Assembly: GCA_019057795.1 (NCBI GenBank)
Contig: JAHLWS010000046.1
Coordinates: 1-64,000 of the forward strand
Source: Promethearchaeota archaeon
GTDB lineage: Archaea; Asgardarchaeota; Lokiarchaeia; Sigyniarchaeales; SOKP01
Length of the DNA stretch: 64,000 bases
Reading direction: 5' to 3'
The notes under the pieces are model-generated. The model saw only the letters and a list, made by a program, of their open reading frames with translations, ran no database searches and was not told where the DNA came from. The position numbers and the translations under genes are program-made. This document shows positions 1-10,481 of this stretch, one piece after another (within the stretch, counting starts at the first letter, position 1; the number at the start of each line of letters is the position of its first letter).

Positions 1-275
1 CGAAGAAATCACTCAATTAATCTGTTAAACGCAGTTTTGAACAATTCTAAGAACTTAAAATACTGAAGAAATAATGTCGGAAAGAAAAATAAGAGATATT
101 ACAAAAAAATATAAAAAAAGTTGTTAACTTGTAAACTTAAGCATTCTTTTTTCTTTTATGAATCCTATTCTCGTTTTTAAATACATTTTTATTGAAGAAA
201 TTTTATATTTTGGTTGAAAGATTAATAAATATTAATTCCAAAAACTAAATTGAAATGTGAAGTTGAGAATACAAT

Positions 276-1196
276 ATGACCGATGTCTACGAAGAATTCA
301 TAGTATATGAGCTTGATAATTCAGGAGAACGAAATAGACTAGATATAAAACAGGAAGATCTTCAAATCCATTTAAATCCAGAACAGGTGTTTATTATTAT
401 ACGGGAAGACCTTAGAAGGATTTACATTTGGAAAGGAGCGAAATCTCCCGTTAGGAAAAGGTTCATAAGCTCCCGTGTAGCTCAAGAATTGCAACGAGAA
501 TTGATGGAAGACGCTCGTCACCATCGTTGTAAAATTGTATCCATAGATCAAGGGGACGAATTAGTGGAATTTTTAAACGCATTTAGATTGGAATCTATGG
601 AGGTAACGGAAAAATTAGCAGATATGCGCTATGTCCGAAACCTCGAGCGCGATAGATTATTAGAAGCAGAACATCAATCTAAAGCAAGTAAGACTAAAAG
701 AAAAGTAGAGGAGGAGTACTATTCGCCTATCTTGGATGATAAAACCGATAATATAGTGATGTCCTCGTTTGCTGTTGGAACCCCGAAATTTAAAGGGAAA
801 GAACGTCGTATTCACCCATCTAAAGTAAAAGGAACTCTTGGATTATTAGAGGAAGAAAAAGAAAAAATTAAAGAAAAAATATTAAGTATAGAAATTCCGG
901 AAAATTACGAACGCCAAAATCTGATTCTTGGACATTCCTTATACGGTGCTGTATCTAAAGTAACGGAAGTATTTGGAAAGAATGTTGTAGATATCACTTG
1001 GGAAGAGGTAAAAAAGCTTCCAAAAGGCGTAATGGAATTAGATAATAATTTATTTAGAGTTTACTTTGACGATAAGAAAGGAATTGTGGAAGCTGTAGAG
1101 GTTTTAAAGAAAGTAAGCACGCCTTCAAAAAATAAAGCTGAAAAACCTGCATCAACTCGAAGAGAACTACCAAAAATTCCAAGTAATAAAGATTAA
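276..1196 (+). CDS. Gelsolin-like domain protein with C-terminal extension (Asgard actin-regulator family)
   Basis: N-terminal LNPEQVFIII...RIYIWKGAKSPVRKRFISSRVAQEL...IVSIDQGDELVEFL matches the gelsolin repeat pattern (LnsxDvFil...iyvWxGxxs...vxqgxExxeF). Confidence 0.75.
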   Translation: MTDVYEEFIVYELDNSGERNRLDIKQEDLQIHLNPEQVFIIIREDLRRIYIWKGAKSPVRKRFISSRVAQELQRELMEDARHHRCKIVSIDQGDELVEFLNAFRLESMEVTEKLADMRYVRNLERDRLLEAEHQSKASKTKRKVEEEYYSPILDDKTDNIVMSSFAVGTPKFKGKERRIHPSKVKGTLGLLEEEKEKIKEKILSIEIPENYERQNLILGHSLYGAVSKVTEVFGKNVVDITWEEVKKLPKGVMELDNNLFRVYFDDKKGIVEAVEVLKKVSTPSKNKAEKPASTRRELPKIPSNKD

Positions 1197-1245
1197 TTCG
1201 TAAATAGAAATAGATTAAATCTTATTTTTGAGCAAGTCTTTTGCT

Positions 1246-1950
1246 CTATAAACTATTAAGAGCATCGTCTTGTGGTTCAATTTCTTCAACCGGACCTTCT
1301 TCTATTTCTTCTTCTCCTTCTTTTTCGTTATTCAACTTGTTATTTTCAGTTGTGTTAGATTCTTCATTATCTTGTGCCTTAGGGCTGAGTGCAAGGTTTT
1401 TATCCTTTTTATCGATTTTTTCGGGTTTATTCATCTGTTTAATTTTCTTTAAACCTTCTATTGCTTCTTTCCGCACGGAAGGGCTTCGATCTTTTAATGC
1501 TTTAGCTAAAACATCAAGAGAGTGCGGGTGATGTAATTCGCCTAATTCATCCGCAGCTTCTTTTCGAACTAATTCATGTGCATCGTTTAGTAAAATATAA
1601 GCTAAAACGCCTAGAACCTCGTTATCACCGAGTTCTCCTAAAGTATCCACCGCGTCTTTCCTAACGCCTGGATCAGGGTCAGTTAGTGCTGTATTAGCTA
1701 ACTCTTTTAGCGTTCTATCTGAATATCCAAGAGGTTGTATACCAACTAAATCTATTCCACAGAATTTACAAAAACTGTGACTAATTTTAATTGCTTTCCC
1801 ACACGAGGGACAAACGCGTTGGTTTTCAAAATCAACTGATGGTTTTGTAAACCTTGCTGGACTTGATCCTCGTACTTGCTCTCTATTTACTCTATAAGGG
1901 TTTTTATTAGGATCTGGATAATTTGTAGGTTTTCCCATTGGTTTACTCAC
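1246..1950 (-). CDS. Double zinc-ribbon plus HEAT/PBS-lyase repeat protein with acidic tail
   Basis: CPSCG...FCKFCG followed by three repeats of D...VRKxAxxxLGxL; GTG start. Confidence 0.8.
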   Translation of the reverse strand: MSKPMGKPTNYPDPNKNPYRVNREQVRGSSPARFTKPSVDFENQRVCPSCGKAIKISHSFCKFCGIDLVGIQPLGYSDRTLKELANTALTDPDPGVRKDAVDTLGELGDNEVLGVLAYILLNDAHELVRKEAADELGELHHPHSLDVLAKALKDRSPSVRKEAIEGLKKIKQMNKPEKIDKKDKNLALSPKAQDNEESNTTENNKLNNEKEGEEEIEEGPVEEIEPQDDALNSL

Positions 1951-2065
1951 ATTTTTTATTCTTTAATTAATCCTTTTAACTTATGATAAATATACTTTTT
2001 AACTTTAATTAAGATAATGTAGACCAATTTTTAATATAATAGAACTTTTCTTGAGAAAATTTGTA

Positions 2066-2584
2066 CTACCCATCTAACTTTACAAATATGTCTCCCACGC
2101 ATTTTTCTTGGGAGTATAATAAGCATTCATTAATTTTAGGTTTTAATTCATATTTAATTCCTAATGCATCCAGCCAGCAGCATACACGATAAACAACACC
2201 ACATTCATAACCTTGCTTTACTCCAATCATTTTCATTCCTTCGAACGCGAAACATTTATCCATTTCCCAATGCATGCAGTTATTTTCGGGGAAAGTATAT
2301 TCAAACTTCATAAAATCTCCTTTTAAAATACTAAAACCATCATCGATGAATTTTTTAAGTTGTTCGAAAGTAGTTATCTTCGTATTTTCCATTCCTAAGG
2401 CTTTTCGAACTCTTTGCATTTCAAATACTGATAAGTTTTTGATGGCTCCTTTATTGAGCTTGTTTGCAGCATCGATTCCATATTCTTTTACTGCATTATA
2501 AAACCACGCGCCATCATGGGTCATCCAACATTTAACAAGAAGATCTTTTAACTCATGCTTATCAAGTTTATCAAATAAGGTCAT
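2066..2584 (-). CDS. DUF6125-like / V4R-type ligand-binding hypothetical protein
   Basis: KCWMTHDGAWFY...YGIDAANKLN motif with C-terminal cysteines; likely start ATG at 2584 (MTLFDKL), as the upstream ORF extension is AT-rich. Confidence 0.6.
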   Translation of the reverse strand: MTLFDKLDKHELKDLLVKCWMTHDGAWFYNAVKEYGIDAANKLNKGAIKNLSVFEMQRVRKALGMENTKITTFEQLKKFIDDGFSILKGDFMKFEYTFPENNCMHWEMDKCFAFEGMKMIGVKQGYECGVVYRVCCWLDALGIKYELKPKINECLLYSQEKCVGDIFVKLDG

Positions 2585-2851
2585 ATTATAATCTAAATTG
2601 AGTTGACTTAAACTTAAGTTTAATAAAACGCAATAAAATTTAAAATATTTGAAAAAGAACAAGATAATTTTATATAATCTTAGAGCAAAAGTTACAACAT
2701 TTGCATTACTTTTGAGTTGAGTTGAGAATGACTAAAGATGACAAAAATTATAGTATGTTTTTGATAGATATAAAAACATATAATGATTTTACTATTATAA
2801 TAGAATAATTATTTTATTAAATAATTAAATAATTAGATCATATAAGTAAAC

Positions 2852-3103
2852 ATGACATATACTACAATTTCTATTAAAGATAAGACCAAAAAAGATTTAA
2901 AGAATCTTCTATCAATATATAATGCAAAATCTATGGATGAATTACTAAAATTGCTAATAATAGAAGCAAAGAAAAAGAAGATTGACGATTTTGGCATTGA
3001 ATTTCAAAAAAAATTAAAAGAAAAGAATTTATCTTTAGAAGATATCATAAAATCTGGAGAAGAAATAAGAGCAAAAATCTTAAAGGAAGAATCTAAGAAA
3101 TGA
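2852..3103 (+). CDS. VapB-like antitoxin (ribbon-helix-helix)
   Basis: MTYTTISIKDKTKKDL...SMDELLKLLI RHH pattern; ATGA overlap with downstream PIN gene. Confidence 0.7.
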   Translation: MTYTTISIKDKTKKDLKNLLSIYNAKSMDELLKLLIIEAKKKKIDDFGIEFQKKLKEKNLSLEDIIKSGEEIRAKILKEESKK

Positions 3104-3567
3104 TTCCCTTAGTTATAGATACAAACATAATATATTCAGCCATATATAATAAAAATGGCATCGAAAGACAACTTCTTAATTGTATTATTGATAATGATGA
3201 AATTCAAATATTTGCTCCCGCTATATTTTGGGATGAAATTCTTAGGAATCTTTCAAAAAAATTAAATTTTCAGGAAGAAACTGTGAATTCTATTCTTTCC
3301 CAATTTGATATAATTGAAATTTCTCCCAAACAATACGAACCAAAGATTGATGAGGCTAGAAGTTTAATTTTCCATGAAAATGACATACCTTTTGTTGCCT
3401 GTGCTCTTTTCTTAAATGCACCAATTTGGTCAGGAAATGAAACTCATTTTAGAGCTTTAGATAAATCTAAAAAAGTAATCTGGTTTAATTCAATAAGATT
3501 AAACAATTTTTTAAAAAAAAACAACATCGATAAATTGGATACTAATGACGATAAACTTACTAAATAA
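3100..3567 (+). CDS. PIN-domain VapC-like toxin
   Basis: LVIDTNIIYSA...E...DIPFVACAL...IWSGNETHF acidic PIN motifs. Confidence 0.85.
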   Translation: MIPLVIDTNIIYSAIYNKNGIERQLLNCIIDNDEIQIFAPAIFWDEILRNLSKKLNFQEETVNSILSQFDIIEISPKQYEPKIDEARSLIFHENDIPFVACALFLNAPIWSGNETHFRALDKSKKVIWFNSIRLNNFLKKNNIDKLDTNDDKLTK

Positions 3568-3589
3568 TTAGTCATGAGACGAAAAAAGA

Positions 3590-4336
3590 ATGAAAAAAAA
3601 ACCAAAACGTGGATTTTTAGTGGCACTATTAATTGGTTTTGATGAAAAAGAAATTCATACCTGGAAAGTGTATAGTCAATCTTTAAGAGTTTATAAAACT
3701 ATCAAATTAACTCGCAAATGGAAATACTTGGATGATAAGCAAATATATCATTTACTTGAAGAATTAGTAAATATCATTCGACTTGTTATTAGGGATGGTT
3801 TAAAAAGCATTTTATTAGCCAGCTCACAGAAAAAGGATTATTCAACCATCTTTTTAGACCATATTAATAAACATCACCAGTGGTTAATTCGTTCTAAGGG
3901 ATATAATCGAGTTAGTTTTGGTGAGATTGTTGGAAATGCTAATAATATAGAAAGTGCTAAATTTTTAATTTCTCAAGAGAAATCATTACATGTTATTCAC
4001 GAAACTACATCGGACGAAATAAATCTATTAGTTAAACAACTAGAAAAAATAATCAATGTCGGTGATCCTAACAGATTATTGTTATATAATTTGGAAGATA
4101 TTGAAGCTCTCATTTATGGAAGGGGTAAAAAAGACAAATCCGCAGCAGAAAAGCTAGACTTCTTAATCGTAACGGAAAACTTCATTAAAGATCATAAAAG
4201 TAAGAATCGAATCCATCGCCTCATACAGATTGCGAATAATAAGGGAATTTTAACAAAGACAATATCAATAGAAAATCCTGCAGTGGATCGTTTTAATCAA
4301 TTTGGAGGGATTTTAGCTTTTAAAAAGACAAGCTAA
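3590..4336 (+). CDS. Pelota/eRF1-like protein (domains 2-3 only)
   Basis: C-terminal LDFLIVTE...RLIQIANNKG...ISIENPAVDRFNQFGGILAF resembles eRF1/pelota domain 3; 248 aa, too short for the N-terminal domain. Confidence 0.6.
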   Translation: MKKKPKRGFLVALLIGFDEKEIHTWKVYSQSLRVYKTIKLTRKWKYLDDKQIYHLLEELVNIIRLVIRDGLKSILLASSQKKDYSTIFLDHINKHHQWLIRSKGYNRVSFGEIVGNANNIESAKFLISQEKSLHVIHETTSDEINLLVKQLEKIINVGDPNRLLLYNLEDIEALIYGRGKKDKSAAEKLDFLIVTENFIKDHKSKNRIHRLIQIANNKGILTKTISIENPAVDRFNQFGGILAFKKTS

Positions 4337-4364
4337 GATAGAGAAATTTTGATCTCTCAAAAAA

Positions 4365-5201
4365 TTATTGAGATTTTTCCATCTTTTTCCTTTCTTTAGC
4401 AACCTTGCGAAATCCTTTTATAAGTTTCATTATCGAAAATCCTCTGAATACTTTTCCATTAGATTTACAACGAGGTAAAACAAAAGGGATGACCTTGCTA
4501 CAACTCTCTTCTATATCAGTTGCCACATGTTTCATAATTAAGTCTAATTCTTTTTGAAATTCATCTTCATCTTTCCACTCTTTAATTACTTGCGAATTTA
4601 TCATTAAATTTGTATATATCATACCGGGAAGGAAAATGTTTATTTTGATATCATATGAATTCTGTTTAAATTCTTCTGCAAGGCATTTTGAAAATGCGAG
4701 CACACCTCCTTTTGAAGCAGAATATATCGTCATGTGTTCTAATGGGCGATCTGCGCCCCCTCCTGCTAATGTGATAATCCTTCCATATCCTTGCTTTTTC
4801 ATTTGGGGGATTACCGCAGAGATTGAATTAATGGTTCCAATCAAGTTAACACCGATAACTTGATTAGCATCTTGATTAACTTTTTCTAAAGAAAGATATT
4901 CAAAAGGTCCGTAAGTAAGGTTGAGTCCCGCATTCGTTACTAAGATGCGAACTCCACCAAATGCTTCAATTGTTTTATCAACAATATTTTTAACAGCAAT
5001 AGGGTCTGAAACATCGCACACAGCACCAATAACGTTATTTCCAAATTTTTCTTTAAATTCAGCTAAAGTTTTGTTAACTTTATCCTCATTTCTTGAGCAT
5101 ATAGCAACTTTGGCACCTTCCTTGAGAAATAATTCTGCTAACTTTTTCCCTATACCACTAGTAGAACCAGTTATGATTGCAATTTCATTTTTCATTCTCA
5201 T
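4365..5201 (-). CDS. Short-chain dehydrogenase/reductase
   Basis: TGSTSGIG, TNAG and YSASK motifs. Confidence 0.92.
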   Translation of the reverse strand: MRMKNEIAIITGSTSGIGKKLAELFLKEGAKVAICSRNEDKVNKTLAEFKEKFGNNVIGAVCDVSDPIAVKNIVDKTIEAFGGVRILVTNAGLNLTYGPFEYLSLEKVNQDANQVIGVNLIGTINSISAVIPQMKKQGYGRIITLAGGGADRPLEHMTIYSASKGGVLAFSKCLAEEFKQNSYDIKINIFLPGMIYTNLMINSQVIKEWKDEDEFQKELDLIMKHVATDIEESCSKVIPFVLPRCKSNGKVFRGFSIMKLIKGFRKVAKERKKMEKSQ

Positions 5202-5541
5202 TAATTAATCACTTAGTAAATTTTCATATTAAACCATTAACTAAATAATACTTCATATGTAAAGTTGACAATTATAAAAATTAATTCAGGGATATAATAT
5301 TACTCCCGTCTTAAAAGAACCCCAAAAAATAATCAGAAAGCAACTGTTTATTGAACACGACGAAGAAATAGTGGATGATACGATATTTAGACTTCGAACA
5401 CTAGTCACAAAAATTCACCGCTTAACGATCTACTATGGTTATGAGAATACAGGAGAACTATTCAATTATAAAAATGAATGAAAGAACTTTATCTCTTGGT
5501 TATGATTTTTGAGAAAAATAGAGAAATAAAAAGGTGTTGGA

Positions 5542-6672
5542 TTAAAGTATCAATTCCGTAAATGTTTTATTCCCGATCAATCGTTTTTCAGGCGGAATGT
5601 TGTCTCTTACCTTTACCATCTTAATAGCATCATTTGGGCAATTCGCTGCACAAACACCGCATCCGATGCATAATTCATCCCTCACCACTATCATCTCATC
5701 GGATGAATCTGATTCTTGGGGCCATCTATGATAGATCGCATCATTAGGACACTTTTTCAAGCATATCTCGCATTTATTACAAATCTCTACATTAATTTGA
5801 GGAGCATAATTTGAAGGACTAGCACCTTTCGTGTGAAATTGTTTTGCTGGAAACAATGCTCCACAGTGACAACTACAACAATTACAGAAAAATTGTGATG
5901 ATTCATATCCTTGGTCTTCGATTGCGTTATGCACTAGCCCTCTCTTTTCAGTTTCTTTAATGAATTCGATTGCTTCTTCCTTATTTAATAATCTTGCTCC
6001 AGGCATTTGAGCCATCATCGTTGAAGCAGCTCCCGCAATAAAACATCCCATTTCTGACGGGGCAACCTCGCAGGGCTCTCCTGATAATTCACCTATTAAG
6101 CGACATTGACAAGGAATAACGGCAAATTGATCATTATTTTTGATAATTTCCATTACTGTTTCGTAAGGATAAGCTTGAGCTTTTATGTCGTAAGATTTAT
6201 TAATTTCAATTAGTTTTTCTTGAGCATCTATAGGTAATAATGGTCTAAATAATTGAAAATCCGATTCAAAATTTGCTTGAGGATAAACTTCTTTCATTAA
6301 ATCACGATACAATTTAGCAGCTTTCAATTGATTTTCTTCTGTATCAGTTCTTCTTATGAAATATGTTTCGAATACACCTGGAAGAATAGGTTCAAGAGCG
6401 TATTTAGTTCCCGTTTTGTGAAGAGTTCCAACTCGTACGGAACGAGCTAAAATTTTTTTCAATTCAGCTTTGGGAATCCCGGTTTTCTCTTCTAATGTTT
6501 TTAATGAAATTGATTTATCTGCACTTTCAAACTGAGAAAGAATTTTTATTTCTTGTTCGTTCCAAAACACTTTTAATAGCTCAATAATTTTCTTATGTTT
6601 TGGTGTTTTTAATGGCCCTAATGTAAGTTTTTGCCGTACTATCTCGTAATAATCTGGTTCAGCCATAAACAT
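5542..6672 (-). CDS. 4Fe-4S ferredoxin-domain protein with N-terminal HTH
   Basis: CQCR, CNCCSCHC and two CxxCxxCxxxCP motifs. Confidence 0.85.
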   Translation of the reverse strand: MFMAEPDYYEIVRQKLTLGPLKTPKHKKIIELLKVFWNEQEIKILSQFESADKSISLKTLEEKTGIPKAELKKILARSVRVGTLHKTGTKYALEPILPGVFETYFIRRTDTEENQLKAAKLYRDLMKEVYPQANFESDFQLFRPLLPIDAQEKLIEINKSYDIKAQAYPYETVMEIIKNNDQFAVIPCQCRLIGELSGEPCEVAPSEMGCFIAGAASTMMAQMPGARLLNKEEAIEFIKETEKRGLVHNAIEDQGYESSQFFCNCCSCHCGALFPAKQFHTKGASPSNYAPQINVEICNKCEICLKKCPNDAIYHRWPQESDSSDEMIVVRDELCIGCGVCAANCPNDAIKMVKVRDNIPPEKRLIGNKTFTELIL

Positions 6673-6951
6673 TATTATAATTCTATTGTTTAAATATCTA
6701 TCTCATTGGATATTTTCTATAATGAAAATCGAACCATCATTTGAAGTATTGGATGACTGTTTTTTGGTCTGTCAGATGTATTCAGACTACACTTTATTAT
6801 GGGTTTGATGAAGTGTCACAACCAGATATGATAATATAACAAAAAACTATAAAAAAAAATATTTAATTCTCCGATGCTAAAATTTCTAAATCAAGTTTAT
6901 TTATTATACAATAGATATTTATAACCTATTCACTTTAATATATCATAGAAG

Positions 6952-7194
6952 ATGTCAGATATTATCGAGAGTAATCCCAAGATTCTTGGAGGAAAGCCTA
7001 TAATAAAAGGAACAAGAATTCCAGTCGCATTAATTTACGAATTAATAGGTTTGAATTATTCGATAAATCAGATATTAGAAGAGTATCCTCATCTTAATAA
7101 AAAGATAATCTTAACTTTACTTGAAATTGGAAAGGAGGCGAATGAAAACCTCTCAAATATAAACATTGACGACATTATTAGTAAAGAGGTTTAA
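6952..7194 (+). CDS. DUF433 antitoxin
   Basis: NPKILGGKPIIKGTRIPV...ILEEYPHL signature. Confidence 0.9.
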   Translation: MSDIIESNPKILGGKPIIKGTRIPVALIYELIGLNYSINQILEEYPHLNKKIILTLLEIGKEANENLSNINIDDIISKEV

Positions 7195-7196
7195 AA

Positions 7197-7550
7197 TTGA
7201 AATTTCTTCTTGATGAGAATGTTCCTATTTCAATTAAGAAAGTAATTCAAGATAATGGATTTGAAGCCTTTACTTTGTATGATTTCAATATGTTAGGTAT
7301 TCAGAATGGGAAGGTTGCTGAACTTGCTTTGAATAACAATGCTATTATCCTGACATTAGATTCTGATTTTTTAAATTTAAATAAGAATCTTCAAACAAAA
7401 AGTCGTATAGTTTATATTAAAATACATCCAAGAGATCCAGTTAAGCTTAGGAAAATAGTTAATAATTTTTTAAAAAAATACAGTTCTAAATTAAATAATC
7501 CATTCAAATTAATGATAACTGAGACTGATGAAGTCTATGAGCTCTTTTAG
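7197..7550 (+). CDS. DUF5615/Mut7-C-like PIN toxin
   Basis: MKFLLDENVP...IILTLDSDF; adjacent to DUF433; TTG start after GAGGT. Confidence 0.88.
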   Translation: MKFLLDENVPISIKKVIQDNGFEAFTLYDFNMLGIQNGKVAELALNNNAIILTLDSDFLNLNKNLQTKSRIVYIKIHPRDPVKLRKIVNNFLKKYSSKLNNPFKLMITETDEVYELF

Positions 7551-7690
7551 CACAATTTCGGATATATTGATAAATAAAAGCCTTAATGTTTTTATATTTC
7601 CAACTAACGACAATTAAAACCTAATGTTTGACTAATATAACTATAAAAAAAAAAGAAATTAATTAGGTTGATTTTTTTTAAGTTTTCAAT

Positions 7691-8002
7691 TTAACCCAGA
7701 CCTACCAAGCTTAAGGCGTCTTTAGCTTCTAAAACGGGATAAAGCGTATATTTGTAGCCTACTATATCCATGTATGCAGAAAGTCTTTTAACGATTGCTT
7801 TTATCGCGTCGAAGTATTTACTGTCATCTTCTACCTTATAAATGGCGAAAAATGTGGTTTCACCCGCTGCAGCATTGAATATGTGTAAGATTTTCACATA
7901 TTCAGGTAATTTTTCAAGTTTAGTAAACTTTTTTCCGACTTCCGTACCGACATGAGCTGGAAAGCTTCCCATAACCACTACATATGCCATAATTCCTACC
8001 AC
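7691..8002 (-). CDS. Small conserved hypothetical protein (ferredoxin-like fold likely)
   Basis: Clean 103-aa ORF with coding-like codon use; start may be the ATG at 7990. Confidence 0.55.
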   Translation of the reverse strand: MVGIMAYVVVMGSFPAHVGTEVGKKFTKLEKLPEYVKILHIFNAAAGETTFFAIYKVEDDSKYFDAIKAIVKRLSAYMDIVGYKYTLYPVLEAKDALSLVGLG

Positions 8003-8212
8003 CTTTAATTCTATAATTTTTAATTTAAATTCAAATTTTCTTAGATTTCGTTAAAGAAATTTAAGACAAATTAGTATAAAATCTTTATCACAAACAAATA
8101 TACAAAAAAAATTTCTAAAATGGCTTGCGAACTGTATCATCATCGAATTATTTGTTCATGGCGATACAATATAATAAAAAACTATAAAAAAAAGATTTAA
8201 TTTTATAAGGAT

Positions 8213-9292
8213 TTAGGCAATAGTGATGTCCTTGTTTAGATAAACATCTTGCACAGCGTTTAATATCTTAATTCCTTCGGGTGTTGGTTTTTTAAAGGCT
8301 TTTCTTCCCAAAATAAGACCCGTTCCACCAGATCTTTTGTTGATTACGGCTGCCTTAACGGCATCGGCAAGATCGTTTCCACCAGTTTCTCCACCAGAGT
8401 TTATTAACCCAACTCTGCCCATATAGCAATTCGCTACTTGATATCGGTTCCACTCAAGAGGGTGGTCGGTTGCTAATTTATCGTAAACAAGTTTATCGGT
8501 TTTTCCAAAATTCAACTCAACGAAACCTCTACTAGTTGTGGAAATTTTTTGTTTTATAATATCAGCTTCAATAGTTACGCCTAAATGATTAGCTTGGCTT
8601 TCTAAGTCGTTTGCAGTGTGGTAATCTTTTCCATCTTTAATGAACTCTTCCTTATTTCTAAGATAGCACCATAGTACGCAAACAAGTCCAAGCTCGTGAG
8701 CATATTTAAACGCTTCAGAAGTTTCTTGAATTTGACGCCGCGAATTTTGAGAGCCAAAATATACAGTTGAGCCAATTGCCACTGCACCCATATCAAATGC
8801 TTGATCTACACTAGCGAACATTGTTTGATCAGACAAGTTAGGTTTTGTAAGTAATTCGTTATGATTTATTTTAACTATAAATGGGACTTTGTGCGCATAT
8901 CTTCTGCTAATTGAACCTAAAACACCAAGAGTTGATGCTACACCATTGCAACCGCCCTCTATTGCTAATTTAATAATGTTTTCGGGATCAAAATATCTAG
9001 GATTTATAGCAAAACTGGCAGAGGCAGTATGTTCAATGCCTTGATCTACAGGGAGAATAGAGACATATCCTGTACCCGCTAATCTACCACGTTGGTTAAA
9101 TATTCTTTCCATATTGTTTAATACCAAATTATTTCGATCAGAATGCTCCCACACTCTTTCGATAAAATCTGGGCCGGGTTCGTGAATCATTTCTTTTGGA
9201 ATTCCAGTGCATGTGTGATTTAGAAGTTTATCCGCATCTGCGCCAAGTAAATTTTTAATTTCGTCATAACTCATAGGTTTTTTTTCTGACAT
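8213..9292 (-). CDS. fbaB: Class I fructose-bisphosphate aldolase (bacterial FbaB/DhnA type)
   Basis: [27 protein letters not shown] Schiff-base lysine region, GLILGRKAF; likely start MSEKK at 9292. Confidence 0.93.
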   Translation of the reverse strand: MSEKKPMSYDEIKNLLGADADKLLNHTCTGIPKEMIHEPGPDFIERVWEHSDRNNLVLNNMERIFNQRGRLAGTGYVSILPVDQGIEHTASASFAINPRYFDPENIIKLAIEGGCNGVASTLGVLGSISRRYAHKVPFIVKINHNELLTKPNLSDQTMFASVDQAFDMGAVAIGSTVYFGSQNSRRQIQETSEAFKYAHELGLVCVLWCYLRNKEEFIKDGKDYHTANDLESQANHLGVTIEADIIKQKISTTSRGFVELNFGKTDKLVYDKLATDHPLEWNRYQVANCYMGRVGLINSGGETGGNDLADAVKAAVINKRSGGTGLILGRKAFKKPTPEGIKILNAVQDVYLNKDITIA

Positions 9293-9592
9293 AATAATAT
9301 CGAAGATTGGTTCATTCTTAAAATTTATATCAAGTAAGAAAAACAAGAGAAAAAAAAAGATAAGAAAAAAAAAGTAACGGTTTAATTATAGATATTTATA
9401 ATAGCTAGAAGCGTTGAATTTCTCTTAAATCTCGTAAACTTCTCTGCGGATGTTCTTTTCGGCGGGTTTTGGCTTCTTTACGTAAGAGATTTTGACGTTG
9501 TGGTTTTTGTATAGCACGAGGGTAAGATTGCTCGAAACGTCGCAAGGCTCGTATTTTTAGCGCGGTCGTTTAATTTAAATAGGAACATTTAC

Positions 9593-10003
9593 TTGGTAAA
9601 AATGACGATGAGAAAAAAAAGAACAATTTCCATCCAGCACCCTCAGCTGGTAAGGTTTCGAAACGCCCTGAGAGAGGAGATATTTAGGTCTAAACTTGTT
9701 GAGATGGGAAGGTTATTGAACGAAGGAAAGGGTTTAGAGCCAACAGAAAGTAGCGCAGACATGGAAAAGGTCAAAGTTTTAAATGACAAACAGGACAAGT
9801 TAGCGTCCGCTTGGAAAGAGTCCCTTTGCACTTGCTCCTTGTGCGGCTCTCGGACCAGCGACATGACCTTTAACACATGTCTTGAGGGGTGGTTTTGCGT
9901 TGAATGTTATAAAGAACATCAAGCGTTCTACAAAGCCAAAGCAGAAAAGGGAGAAATATGGACCAGCGAAGATGGAATACCCTCTACTAAGTGGTGGCCT
10001 TAA
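9593..10003 (+). CDS. Hypothetical protein with C-terminal zinc finger, in a GC-richer patch
   Basis: CTCSLCG...WFCVEC motifs; composition visibly more GC-rich than its flanks. Confidence 0.6.
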   Translation: MVKMTMRKKRTISIQHPQLVRFRNALREEIFRSKLVEMGRLLNEGKGLEPTESSADMEKVKVLNDKQDKLASAWKESLCTCSLCGSRTSDMTFNTCLEGWFCVECYKEHQAFYKAKAEKGEIWTSEDGIPSTKWWP

Positions 10004-10099
10004 TTAAACTTGTTTAATCGTAGATGGCTTACTGAATTAAGAGGGAAAAGAGAGGGAGTTAAAGTAAAAGTTTTTAGTTTTTGAAAAAAAAGTAACTCT

Positions 10100-10441
10100 A
10101 TGCCAGATGAGTTTGAATTTGAAAATTACAGCGACTTCAAAACAATCGAAGATTTTAGCAAAACGGTTGAGAGTAGTAAATATTATCACGATTTATATCT
10201 CAAAGCTGTAAATCATCCTATTAGGCGCGAAATTCTGAAAATTGTAAATGATTCTGATGAAATTTTAGAAAAGAGATTATTTAACCAATTATCTGAAAAA
10301 GAGATATTAAAAGACCCTTCAATTTTAGAGTACAACATTAATTTTTTAATAAAAGCATTATGTATCGAAAAAATAGAGAGAGGAGACGGAACTTACTACA
10401 TAATCACTCAAGCTGGCAAGGTTGTTGATTATTTAAAATAA
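10100..10441 (+). CDS. ArsR-like winged-helix protein
   Basis: YLKAVNHPIRREILKI...YNINFLIKALCIEK...ITQAGK. Confidence 0.75.
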   Translation: MPDEFEFENYSDFKTIEDFSKTVESSKYYHDLYLKAVNHPIRREILKIVNDSDEILEKRLFNQLSEKEILKDPSILEYNINFLIKALCIEKIERGDGTYYIITQAGKVVDYLK

Positions 10442-10481
10442 ATACAAAATGAAAACAAAAAAACCATACATATAAAGAGGA

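Noticed and set aside
5278-5481. Start-less ~66-codon open frame on the plus strand (LIQGYNITPVLKEPQK...)
   Set aside because: No canonical start and no recognisable motif; may be a gene remnant but cannot be supported.
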